A DNA stretch of 63,536 bases, counting the filler, from Pelomyxa schiedti (taxonomy: Eukaryota > Protista > Evosea): the NCBI GenBank assembly GCA_020536535.1. It is 6 parts of 6 records of this genome, joined end to end, with 100 filler letters (N's around TTAATTAATTAA, not from the genome) between each part and the next. Parts side by side here need not be neighbours in the genome. Positions count along the whole stretch, not along the records: positions 1 to 15,630 come from JAHLWZ010000335.1; positions 15,731 to 44,398 come from JAHLWZ010001018.1; 4 more parts are not named here. One strand, given 5' to 3'. Shown here in pieces: positions 12,689-24,459 of the stretch (positions are counted from its first letter, which is position 1; the number at the start of each line of letters is the position of its first letter). A program made the position numbers and the translations under genes. The notes under the pieces were generated by a model. That model was given only the letters and a program-made list of their open reading frames with translations, did not search any database and had not been told where the DNA came from.

Positions 12689-12938
12689 TCTGTGGGCTCA
12701 AGAATAAGTCCCACAGAGGAAGAAAACGAGTGAGAGTGAAGAGAATAAAGAGGGTTCTCTTGTTTGTTCTCGTCGTTGTTGTAAAGGGGATAAAAAGGGA
12801 GTGTGTAAAATCTCGCAGAGCGGTTGTGTGATTGGGTTAAAGGCTGCGATGTTCAAACGGATTCTCGGACAAGTGTGCATGTAATCAAAACCGCCTGCCA
12901 CGTTCTTGTTGCTGTATTTGTGCGCCCAGCTGTGCTGT
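12689..12938 (-). repeat. Right terminal inverted repeat (about 250 bp)
   Basis: Reverse complement of 7649-7896 with few mismatches. Has an internal 9-bp stem CTCTGTGGG/CCCACAGAG at 12688-12718. Confidence 0.9.
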
Positions 12939-12992
12939 TTCTATTTGTATAGAAATGAGGTGAACTCGGTGTGTTTATAAAGGATTCCAAAG

Positions 12993-13719
12993 TCAAAGGA
13001 CAGGTCTTGGGTATCTCGATGATCTTTCTGTGAACATGATTTCCGAACTTGGTAAGTGATGACTCAGCCTCTGAGTGTCCAGTCTCGAGTCTTGCGAGTG
13101 TGCCTTGCGCACAGTTTGCCTGTGTGTTCGCAGAATCACACAATACTCTCCAAGTTCCCCACGAGCCTTTTTGGTGTTCACCTTTCATGACAATACCCAA
13201 GGAACACCTTGGCCTTGTCACTACCATAAAGCCCTGCAGCGGCGCCGTTGAGTAGTTGCACACCCTTTGCCACGTCCCTTCCCACGCCACACCCCCACCG
13301 CCTGTGCAGGTCTGGCCTCACTGAGCTCTTGGAAGATCGCCACAGCCTGAGCCCAGTCCCTCTCCACGCCCTCGCCACGCAAATAACACACACCAACCCG
13401 CCCATGTGTACCCCCTTTGGCATGGCGATTGCAGTGTAGAGAGACGCGGCCCTTGGCTTGTCACACTCCACACACACGCCGTGCTGATAGCACCACCCAA
13501 GCGCCACCATCGCGTCGTGGGGTTGCCCAAGTCAGCGGCCATGGCCCGCGCCGACACCGCCTTGTCCGCGTCGCGGTTGGAACCAAAACGGGTGCCCTTG
13601 TAGTACTCCCGCCCAACCAGGAACAGGCCAGGGCCATCACTGGTAACGCAGAGCCAGTTCTCTCATTGCTTGGGTGTTGCCTGCGCAGGCCTGGTCGATG
13701 AGGAGGTGTCTGTTGCCAT
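12993..13719 (-). pseudogene. SEL1-repeat pseudogene, inverted paralog of 14425-15630
   Basis: LIDQACAGNTQAMRELALRYQ* is out of frame with the ATG at 13719. Further frameshifts precede ALGWCYQHGV and VFLGYCHERG...GELGEYC. Confidence 0.75.
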
Positions 13720-14424
13720 TTTTTTTATTGCTTAATCTGAAGCTGTGAACATCAACCCTCAACAAAATAATCATGTGTGGTGGTTGTGGTGACGGTGGTA
13801 CCACCCCCAGCTACATCAGTTCCCCCTCAGCTGAGAATGCCGACAGCAAAGCAATGGGAGTACTGGCTTGGTGTTACCACTACGGTACGGTAAACGTGGA
13901 GCGGACAAGGTAGCAGTGTCAGTGGTGGTGGAGATGATAATGACAAGACAACCATGATGGCAAAACAGAGAGAGAGAGCTACTGTGTGGAATCGGGATCT
14001 GTGGGAGCGATATTATGAATCGTGTCCACGCCAACTCCATCCACTGAAAAGGAATACCACTGGAACAAATTTTCCGCATCTAGGTCTTTCTTCAATTCAA
14101 TCTTTTCCCAGGATCAGATATTAACATTGGAACAGGGTGCCATGTTGATATATCTCTGGCTCCATTATCTGTTGGGAACCAGGAAAGCCTTTGACTGTGT
14201 GTTTTCTCCCAAGCAGTTATTATTTAAAAATAAAAAGAGCGCATAATAATAATATATAATATATATAATATACTAGTTAGTTCAACTATATGTATGTATG
14301 GAACCGCGACACACGATTTTAGCAGTTGTATTCAACAACTTGGAAAACCCCAAGTTGTTTGTGGCAAAAATTGAACACGTGAACCATCAATTCGGCTAGT
14401 TGAGAAATTTTCTTGTAGGCTACA

Positions 14425-15630
14425 ATGACACACGCGGCCAGCAAAAGCAGCATTGGTTCCCTCATCGACCAGGCCAACGCAGGCAACACCCCATCCATGC
14501 GTGAGCTGGCTCGGTGCTACCGCATTGGTGCCCAGGGAGTGGCCAAGAACCTGGACAAGGCATTGCGCTGGTACCACGCCGCGTGCGACGGCGACGGCAT
14601 GTACAACGTGGGGGGTGACTACTTCCAAGGCAGCTGCGACGTGGACAGGGCCGTGTCTGCGTGGAGCATGGCGGCTGACTTGGGCCATGCCCAAGCACTG
14701 GTGCAGCTTGCGAGGTGCTACCAGCACGGCGTGGGCGTGGCATGTGACCAACTGAGGGCCGTGTCACTCTTCAGGGCGGCAATCACCAAAAACGAGGTGC
14801 ACTCATGGAGGCTTGGAGTGTGTTACTTGTGTGGTGAGGGTGTGCAGAGGGACTGGGCCAAGGCTGTGGAGCTCATGCAACTGTCTGGTGACAGTGATGC
14901 ACAGGCGTACATTGGGTGGTGCCATTTGTGGGGTGGGTGTGGTGTGCCCAGGGATGTGGCAAAGGCCGTTGAGCTACTCCTCAGTGCTGATGCCCACAGT
15001 AGTACCAGGGCCAATGTGTTCCTTGGGTATTGTCATGAAAGGGGAATTGGTGTTGCACTGGACATCAAAAAGGCTCTCATGTTGTTCAACAACGCAAAGA
15101 GTTCACGATGGGGTGCAAGGGCACTTGGGGAACTTGGAGAGTATTGTCAAAGGGGAGACTGTGGAGCACCAACAGACAAGAGGGCTGCTGTTGGATATTT
15201 TCGGATGGGTGCTGAGGGTGGTGATCTGGTTTCAATGTTTCACCTTGGTGTGTGTCTCAGGGATGGTTCTGGTGTTGATTGTGACGTGGAGCAGTCTGAC
15301 ACCTGGCTGGTGATGGCTGCCCAACGTGGCCACAGGGGTGCTTCAAATATCCTCTCTGAGATTGCTTCTCTGAGAAGTAGCTCTGCAGTGAAACAACAAG
15401 ACATCATCATTGAAACATTGAAAAAACAAGTTGAATCCTTGAAAGAACAGCTCCTTGAAGAACTGATCAGTCAATGAGTGGCAAAGATAAAGATACCCCC
15501 TGTTTTGTCTTTTCCAGTTGCTGAAAGAAAAGGAAAGTCTTGAGAGCTGTGTCAAGACCACAGAAGCAACACTTTGGCAGGAAAGAATTTCAGTGGAAAA
15601 TCTAAGAAAAGAGCTTCAAGAAGAGGTTGT
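14425..15630 (+). CDS. SEL1-like repeat protein with C-terminal coiled coil, probably 3'-partial at the linker
   Basis: 350-aa ORF with repeated A..LG.CY..G.GV..D...A motifs. An open coiled-coil frame (LLKEKESLE...ELQEEV) follows a tttccag acceptor and runs to 15630. Confidence 0.85.
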
Positions 15631-15730
15631 NNNNNNNNNNNNNNNNNNNNNNNNNNNNNNNNNNNNNNNNNNNNTTAATTAATTAANNNNNNNNNNNNNN
15701 NNNNNNNNNNNNNNNNNNNNNNNNNNNNNN
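15631..15730. other. Artificial contig linker (N44-TTAATTAATTAA-N44)
   Basis: Six-frame-stop spacer; identical structure five times in the window. Confidence 0.97.
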
Positions 15731-16278
15731 AGACGGGGGAGCTGGTGGCCGCTGCTGGCGGGGGCGGCGGCGGGGGCGGGTACAACGGCGGCGGAGGAGG
15801 GGGCGGGGGCGGGGCGCAGAGGAGGAGGCTGGGGTCAGGGGGCGGGGGCGGGGACATGGCACAAGGGAAGGACGGGAGCGTAGGCCGCCGCGGGAACGGC
15901 GACGGGGGCGGCGCGCCCCTGGGCGACCCCGCCAACACCGGCGGGAGGGGCGGCGACGCCGACGAAAGCGCCACGCCCGGCACCACCGGCGGCGGGGCCG
16001 GCGGGAAGAACAACGAGAAAGGGGAAGACATCGGAGGCGGAGGGGGCGGCGGAGGCGGCACCACCCGCTGCCTGCAGGCCGCCGCGACCCACGACGCGGA
16101 GTGCTTCAAGGGCTATGCAGCCAATGAGGGAGACCCCCACTGGGCCTCGCCCGCCGGCCGCGGCGGAGCCCCCGGCAAGCACGGCTGTACCGGCCGCGTG
16201 GTGCTGCTGTCCGAGGACGGCTTGCGTGTATTGGCAGTCTTTGACAGGCAAGGCACATTCTCGTGGTCTGCGTTGTGA
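15731..16278 (+). CDS. 3' end of a glycine-rich-domain protein (ALK/LTK GRD-like), 5'-partial
   Basis: GGGGGGGYNGGGGG tracts ending in G.HGCTGRVVLL. Confidence 0.55.
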
Positions 16279-16374
16279 GAAGACCACCTTCCAAACGCGG
16301 CAACGAAGAAACAGCAGATCGGCACGAAATTGAATTTTTTTTAATTTATCTGAAGTCTTTCTACTACTGGCGCG

Positions 16375-17551
16375 ATGCACGAGACGACGGATGAGCCGCA
16401 CGACTTCAAATACACCAAGACTCGTTTCCTGGAACATTGGCGACAGGGAGGGGGTTTTATCTCCTTGTGTATCGGAATCGTGGTGGCGAGTGAGGCTCTC
16501 GCTTTTGGCTTTGGTTACCTATCGACCCTCGTGGGGCTTATATTGGGTCTCGCCGTTGGTACGCTGTAGTTTGGGTTTTTTTTGCTGCATGTTTGGTGGA
16601 AGTAAACGAAATGGCTAACAACTCGTTATAGGACCCACGGCTCTGGTTGTGTTGTGGTGCATAGCATTTAAAAACCGGACAGCCAATGCGTGGTTTTTCA
16701 ACAACGGAAAACCAGCTCGGCACACTGAGCAGGTGTATCCCACAGTGATATGTAGTTCCAACATGATATTCATCCTTCTGGTGGGCCCCGTCCTCGGTGT
16801 ATTCTGTGCACCCTGGCTGCTCCTGCACTTCAGTGACACCGCGGTAATCACGATGGACTCCCAGAGCGGCGCCGTGATGTCATCCAACTACACAGATGAC
16901 ACCTGGGAGATGGAATTCTACAACTACCGGCTGGGCCTGGACTCCATAATAGGCAGCGAGCACGGCGGCAGCGCCGACGGCAGCAGCGTGTCCACGACCT
17001 GTGCGATACCCGTACTCGGCCGGCTCGAGTACGTCGGGATGTCCGACGACTCGCTGGCCTCTGGCAACGGCTACGAGCCCCGGGCTGTGTTCTCGGAAGC
17101 CATGTTCTTTGCCACCTGCGAGCTTCACAGCGCGACGGACTGCGCGTCGGACGCGGCCAGGCACGAGTCCCCGTGCGTCGACAAGTGGTACGACGACGGC
17201 ATACGAGGCGCGCTCAAGCGCAGCTCCCAGGACCAGAAGAACCTGCACAACGCGCTGGACGACGCCGGCGACGACCTGCTGTACCCCTACATCGCCCCGT
17301 CGGACGCGGTCGCCGTCCAGTGGCTCGACGTCGACCAGGAGGAGTACATGCGCTCGGTCACGTTCTACGTGCTGGTGACTGTCGGAAACTTCGCGCTGGT
17401 GCTCATGTGCGCCCTGTTCTTTGTGGTGTTCTACTACCGCCGCAAAGCGCAGATTCTGAGCCAGGCCGACATTCTGGCGCCTCCCAAGAAAAGGCACCAC
17501 CACCGCCATCACAACACCGACCACCACGAGGAGAACCTGATCAACTCCTAA
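16375..17551 (+). CDS. Multi-pass membrane hypothetical protein (2 exons)
   Basis: Exon 16375 to about 16558 plus a 300-aa ORF. Several hydrophobic helices, a Cys-containing loop and a His-rich tail. Confidence 0.65.
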
Positions 17552-17668
17552 AAACAGGGGCCCCATCAATCACTGCAACACCAACGAAAAACCCCTCCAA
17601 AAGACGCCGAAAGTATCACCATACTGAACCGGGACACACCACTATTCAATATACACAACACCACAGAA

Positions 17669-19824
17669 ATGGCCACCAGTAGCAGCACTCAACCACAATC
17701 GCGGTTCCACATTGTAATAGACATAGGTTTTCCTTTGTTACCTCTTCTTTGGGTTTTTCCTTCCGTCGCTGGGTTTGCTGTTGGTTGTTTGTTGTGTACT
17801 CCTCCCTCCACAACCAACGCGATCCGTTTTTTTTTCCCCAACAGGCAAGACCAACAAGAAGGTGCTTGTGTTTGACAGCGGACTCCACGTAATATCGTCC
17901 GTGTCACGTGCGTTCCCCGAGGTTCAGCGGCAGTACACGCCGTGCAATGGCGGCGGAGCCCCAGCCCCAGTCGACATTGTGTGCGAGGACGTGGAGGCCG
18001 TGATGCCGTGGCTGCAGGAGCGGCTGAGGGAAGCAGGGGCCCTGTGCAGGAGTGCGAGTGCCACATCACATGGGGTGGGATTTACTGTGGCGGTGACTAC
18101 TCATGGCGCTACTTTTGCTGCTGTGGGGAAGGATGTGCTGTTGCCATTTCCGGTGCTGTCTTATACTCAGCAGGTTGGTTATTGGGTCACGAGATTGCGG
18201 AGGGGCTTTGGGACTCTCTAAATTTATATTTTAGTTTTAGTTTTAGTTTTATTTTCCCCCCTTTTGTTGGTGCCACAAAGTGTTTTCCTTGGGGGCCTTT
18301 ATTCTGGTCTTACATATTCAGATGAGTGAAGAGCAAAACAACGAATTTTATAACCTATGCGGCACTGCTGAGGTGTTACATGCAACCACCGCTACTCCAC
18401 CCTATGGAAGTCTGTTGAATATGGCAAAGGGGATGTTTCTGGCACAAAAAATGTTCATCTTTTAACTTTGAGCGGTAATATTGATTTACCTGTTCACAGC
18501 TTTCGGGACAAATGGGAAGGTGTGAAGTATTTAATTCCATATTCTTCATTTTTTGGGTATTGGCTGACTGGTGTGATTTACTTATTCTTTTCCACTATTT
18601 ATACGCTTGCTGATTATTATGCGAAATAGGCGTAGCAGCTTGCGATAAAACCGCAGTTGGATGCCATACATATTTGTGGGATTATCAGAAAGATTGTTGG
18701 TCTAGTGTAACAAAGTCACTGGGCATTGCACATCTTCTCCCCCAAGTAATCCCAATTGCGTAAAGCCACTGCTCTTAGTACAGCAAGGTCAAAACCTCTG
18801 TAGAAAAGCTTGGGACTCTTCAACCTTCCATCGCGCGTTTAACTGGACTGCCAGAGGACACTGTCGTGATGATGGGGGTACACGATTCAAATGCCTCTCT
18901 TGTACCATACTTTTCATCACTTGGTGGCACCAACTTCGCTGTAAATTCGTCTGGAACTTGGGGTGTTATAATGAAGCCATCAAAATCTGTCGAGTTTGCT
19001 AGCTGTGACATTGGAGAATTGATTCTATACAATATGAGTGTCTTTGGTAAGCCAGTGCGCACTATCTCATTCCCAGCTGGCATGGAGTTCAGTGCCGTTA
19101 GTCAAGCTTTCAAGACGGTACCACTTTGAGTTGCCAAACGAAATAATTACATTCCATACAGAAATTCGATGGTGCTGCAGATATTGATTTCTCTGTGCCG
19201 CTTTCTGGCAAAGAGCTTTCACTTTACCAGTCACTCATTGACTCCAACTCATTTTTACTGCCGGGTGTGACAGGAACGGGGATCCACTTTTGGCATTGCA
19301 AACCAGGATTTGTTCTGGAGCACACCACCCCCATATTTGGAAGCAGCGGTTCCTCACAGGAAACCATTGAATGGCCATCGATCCCCGGTGGCACGGATAT
19401 CGTATCCTGCATGGCACTTCTTCGTTTGAGCGTTGCCGTTCAGACATATGAAGCACTGATTCGCTCCGGAGTTGTAACTACCGGCGGCTCCAAATCTGCA
19501 AACACTGCGGTGTTTGTAGAAGGTGGATTCAAGAACGACCTCATCTACTGCTCGCTCCTGGCTGCCCTTCTGCCCCATAATGCCGTATCCACCTCGGCAG
19601 CGCCGGAAGCCACCGCTCTGGGCTCGGCGCTTCTCGCCCATGCAGCCACAGCCACCGCGACTCCAGAAGAAGCCACGCAATCACTCTGTGGTGGTGGCAG
19701 GTCACCAGCATCAATAGACCTTAGGAGTCACATGCAATTCACAACAATACAGCCGGCGGCACTCACGGGTCTGCCTAACTACGGCCAGAGAATGCTGTTT
19801 TGGGCTTCGCAAAGGCGCGTTTGA
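17669..19824 (+). CDS. FGGY-family carbohydrate kinase (rhamnulo/fuculokinase-like), multi-exon
   Basis: VIDIG|KTNKK.LVFD across an intron, VAVTTHGAT, NSSGTWG, FVEGGF, EATALGSALLA. Confidence 0.85.
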
Positions 19825-19967
19825 CCCTTGTGTAACTGGGGTGAAGGAAGTGGATTTATTGAGAAAAGAACGAACTTGTCGAATTTAGGCAAACACGTAA
19901 CTAGATTTTAGTGTTGACCTTTGCGTCGAAAAGTACAACTTCAGTCCAAATCAGTGATTGAAAAAAA

Positions 19968-21421
19968 ATGTCTGGCGTAGGGGTGGCGGAGCCGGGGTGC
20001 CGGGAAATAACGTCAACTGCAACAACAGAAGAACACCCAACACGGGAAAGTGGCGCTCCCATAATACAACCCACTGGTGGGGGCGAGAGTGCGAGCCCGT
20101 TTGCCGTGAAACCTGGGGAGTTCTTTTTTTCTTGTCCATTTGGTGGTTGTAGTTGCGATGGCGGGAGCGACCAAGTGCCGAGGAAGACAAGGGAAATAGT
20201 TTCTTCATATTCCAACAGCACTTATTGGAACGGCTTCGAGTTCAGAGAGGGCGACATTATGGGTAAGTTTGTGTAGCCAGAATAATTCCCTGTATTTTTG
20301 ACTAACTGTGAAATAAAATTGTCTACACGTTTTTTTGTTCTTTTTTTTTATGTTGGCTCTAATATGAAATTAAGTTTGTTCGAGCTACAAAACCGGGTCT
20401 ACTTGGCTACAACAACTGATAAGCCAATTACTGCGTGGCCCAGACCCAGTTATTCATCCTATAACCTCTGTTATATCCTAACTCAATAAAAGAATCGATC
20501 TGTTTATGACGATTTCGTTTGGGTTGATCTCAAACTCCTCAAACCTGAGTTCACTCACGCCAAGTTGGCAAGTATTCCTACCACAACCCGCAGATTTCTC
20601 AAGGTAGAAAGAGTGTATTTTTGTTATGCAAACAAATGTAACAGACACACCTCCCGTTCTATACCATCCCATATTCTCCCAAAGTTTCCTATATTTGCAT
20701 TGGAAGAAATGGGAGAGACACATTCCTCAGTCTTTTTCACCAACACAGCAACTTTTCGTATGTTTCTTCCAGGGTTTATTTTTCTCTAAATATTGACAAA
20801 TTTTCAGACCTGAATTTCTAACGGGACTTGGTGCAGACGGTACTGTAACATTTCCTCCTGCAGAACAATTCCCGTGGAACTCAAAGGATGACTACTTTAA
20901 ACTGTGGTTGGAAAATAAAACCTACTTCCTGCCATTTTTTGACCACCTGCATAGTTACTGGAAGTAACCTACTACTAACTATTCTCCTTCCATACTAATT
21001 AAAACATAAGATATCGAAACTGCAAGAATGTTTTCTTGACACACTTTGATGCTCTTAAAAATAACATGGAAGTAGAACTGCGCCGAGTAGCCGAAATGTT
21101 GCAGATACCGGTGAAAGAATCGTGGATGACTCAAGTCTTGGAATACGGCTCATTCAATTGGATGAAGGAGCACCATACGACTGTAATGGGCCCAGTTAGC
21201 TGGGTACCACTCCCTTATCTAGCCAACTCCTCCCTAAGATCCCAACCCAGGTTTTCCGCGAGAATTCCAAATACTTTATGTACAAAGGGCAGAGTAAAAG
21301 ATGGCAAACTGAGCTCACCCCCGAGCAATGGGATATGTATCTGGCTGCCCTCCATGAAAACTGCACCCCAGAGTTAGCAAATTGGATAGAAACCGGCCAC
21401 CCAATAACAAAGTCCCTATGA
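19968..21421 (+). CDS. PAPS-dependent sulfotransferase (Sulfotransfer_1), multi-exon
   Basis: FEFREGDI..SYKTGSTWLQQ (5'-PSB loop), RRFLK/THLP, YICIGRNGRD (3'-PB), FMYKGQSKRW. Confidence 0.85.
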
Positions 21422-22950
21422 CCCTCCCACCTTGTTGTTATTTAATCTTATTGTTTTCTCTTTTGTTCCTTCTTCCTCCCTTAGCCGAAATCCAACCTGC
21501 TAATCTCATCGTCAAAGGCTTTGCAAGGAGCCAAGGGAGTACCTCAGGAACCGGTACTCACCAAGCAGTAAATATAGGCACTTTTTTAACAAGGAGCGTG
21601 TGAGTCGTGGGACATGACTTTTGGGAATGTCAACTTTCCTCGCGGAACAGCGGCGATCCGTTGTTGGCAACAACAGTAAAATCAAAGCACACGAGATGTC
21701 GTTTGGAAGGATACTGACAGTCTGTGCCGCAGCACTTTTTCTTGTTGCTGAGGGGTCAGTCTTGATAGGAGATAAGGAATGGCGGAACAATGTAACAATT
21801 TACACCTTGGATACTGATGCTGACCCAATGGAGCCAAGAGACATGCAAGTTCCCAAACGAAACCACACACTCTCACCTTTTCTCACATTCTGACAAGATA
21901 TGCAGTCTTGGACTCTTATGTTGGAGGGTGCATTGATAACAGTGATAACATTGTGTATTTGTTGTACGGCTACAATGGCAAGCCCCACAGAATTGATGCA
22001 ATGGACCCAACAACAGGCAGCCTGATTTATACTGGGTAAATTGGGGATTTGCCTGCTGGCTTCTAATGGTTAACCTTTGTTTTTTTTTCCCCTGTAAAGG
22101 GCAGAGTTCACCGTTGATGAATATATCGGTGATGTTCAATGCGATTCTGTGTGGCACACAGTAATTCTGGTCACTACAGTACGTCGAAGTGTTATTGTGT
22201 ACAACGCTGTTCCTACCACTGGACAACTTACTGTGACGGGGTACTATAACTCCAGCTCTGAGATGATGTATTTGACGTACTGTTCCCCATTTCTAAAGCT
22301 CTTTTTTGATACAAATATCCATCATAGAGCTGGGGGCCAGGCCTATGATAGCCAGACTCATCGTTATTTCTTCCCCAATTTGTACACGGAAGTAAGAACT
22401 CCCGATGGATACATATACATGGGCCTCTTAATTATTTTCCATGAAGACGGAACAATTGAAGAATATCCTTGGGAAACTAAATTATGGCGTTACGAAGTAA
22501 TACCGGCCTTTCAGTACTTTCATAAATTCATTAGGCATAGAGCCCTGCAGTAATCCCAGGAGGTGACTCCCTGATTGGAATTAATATGTCATTCCCCACT
22601 TCTACCTCCATCTTGAAAAGCCGCAACGAAAGTGGGTACTCCTAGGAAGATTCCCTCCTTAATATCTTTCAGGGAAAAGGTTAGCTGGTTTCTCAGCCGC
22701 ACTTTGTTTGGATGTGATGGATGTTGGTCCGCCGGTTACCTTCTCTGATGTTGGACCCACTTATCCCCTGGCAAACGCACTGTGGGCTGTTTCTTCCGCG
22801 TACATTCCACAAACCAACCAACTCTACCTGTACGAGGCTCCTACAGTTGGTGCAATGCTCATGACTTGGGACGTGAAAACTGGAATCAGTACAGAATATG
22901 GGGAATTGGAAATGGATCCCCTCAATTGGCTTGGCTACCTTTACCCATGA
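21418..22950 (+). CDS. Putative secreted beta-rich hypothetical protein, multi-exon
   Basis: Signal-peptide-like start (CYLILLFSLLFLLPPLA) and successive beta-strand-rich exons. Confidence 0.45.
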
Positions 22951-23037
22951 CGCAGTCAAGGGTAAAGGGAATTTCTAGCTGTTCTTACTTCCCTTTTTCG
23001 CGTTTCGTTCTTAAAAAACCCATTCTCTGAAACACAA

Positions 23038-24355
23038 ATGAAACGACGCAACGAAGCACAAGCGATGTTGGGCGTTATGCTCCAATCGAGGATGCAGAAT
23101 CAAGCGTCTACTGCGTCCTCTGTTGTTGTGTTGCCTTCGGATTCCACACCGCTCGACCCCAGAGCCACCGAAGAACGGGATTGTGGGACTGCGACTACCT
23201 GCGCCACTACGAGCACCGACCGTGGCTCTCGTGTAATTCTTAACCCCCCGTGGCCGAATTTTGGTGCCCTGAGGATGTCAATCAAGTCCGTTTTTGACAT
23301 TCACGTCAGCCCGCCGTTTTGGCCGCACGCCGACCAACTTGGTGGCCCAGACAGGCTGGCGCAGTCTATAGGCACAAGGGTATTTGGGATAGGCAATTAT
23401 GGGACGGTTGCTTCTGCAACAGGCACCTCGTCAAGAGCGGATGAGCGCCGTTTGGTTTACGAAGGGACACTCAGGAAATTGGCAGAGCACAACGTGAATG
23501 TAAAGGAACTGAGGACTATTCTTGTGATATCAGCTGGGGGCACTCCTTATTCCAAGTACTGCTTTGGGGGCTGCGAGGGTATGTTTTTCTGAGACAATTG
23601 GATGGACAATAGACCTTATATCTAAGCTCCATCCCGCACACTCTCCTCGACATCGGGGGTTCCTCCTGATTTTATGGCTTCTGGGGTGATTCCTTTGTAG
23701 GCGCCATTGAGGCTCAGGTGCAGCTGGCAATGCGATTTGGTTTAATTTTTGATGTGCTCCCTCTCCTCTTTTGTGACTTTGATTCGAGCCTGCATCATGC
23801 CTCCATTGGAATGGCTGCTGCTGTTCTTGGGAGATTACTTGGAGAACAACAGCCTTCCGTTGATGGAATCATGTTTGCCTGCAAGGGAACTTGCCCCGCG
23901 GCACTGGCAGTATTCCAATTTCTGCGACAGCTTCCAGCTAAAAGAACACTTCCTCTCATTGCAATGGGCACTGATATGCAGTACACCTCTATTTTTGTGG
24001 TTTCCAACATTAAAAACAACATAGATATTTTTACAATAACTGCTCACCACTACAAATCAGCCCTACGGAGCTAGGCCCAGTAGCACCTATGCTTATATTC
24101 AACAGTAAACAGGATACAAGTGTACATGGTATTAGCCGAACTTCTCTGAACACTTTTATGTCAGAAATAAGCCGGGCGAACCCCAAGTCCAGGGAAGTGT
24201 TGTTTGATATCGATACCCACATGCCGGAGTGGTTTCCCCATCTTACAGCCAATCCTGACCACAACTGGTACGATACTGCCTTTGTGAACGCTCACGCCTT
24301 TGAGAATCTCACATGCAAAGAGGTATCTTCCATTCCACCACTTCCAAGCTTCTAA
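23038..24355 (+). CDS. Hypothetical protein, multi-exon
   Basis: 184-aa, 118-aa and 88-aa + strand ORFs separated by intron-like segments. No recognised domain. Confidence 0.45.
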
Positions 24356-24459
24356 AATTCCAAAGATTCTGCCTGCAATAGTTGAATTACTGCACTGATA
24401 AACGAGTTATCTTCTGGACTAAAAGTCGACGCAACAAATGTTTGTAAAAGAAGTTTGTT

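Larger units (their letters stand above)
7649..12938 (+). mobile_element. Composite non-autonomous TIR element (about 5.3 kb) carrying a decayed LINE
   Basis: 7649-7896 and 12689-12938 are near-identical inverted repeats. No intact ORF or DDE transposase inside. A second copy lies at 1-4424. Confidence 0.85.

Noticed and set aside
15631-15730. Palindromic TTAATTAATTAA repeated five times within N runs
   Set aside because: Fixed 44+12+44 layout is a six-frame-stop concatenation linker. Not biological, and gene neighbourhoods across linkers mean nothing.
15675-17682. Many long antisense or alternate-frame ORFs in GC-rich stretches (also 25.7-26.8 kb, 55.6-56.4 kb, 59.6-61.3 kb)
   Set aside because: Shadow ORFs caused by stop-poor GC-rich coding sequence on the opposite strand.
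18228-18252. (TTTTAG)n telomere-like tract
   Set aside because: Only 3-4 units inside an intron; ordinary low complexity.
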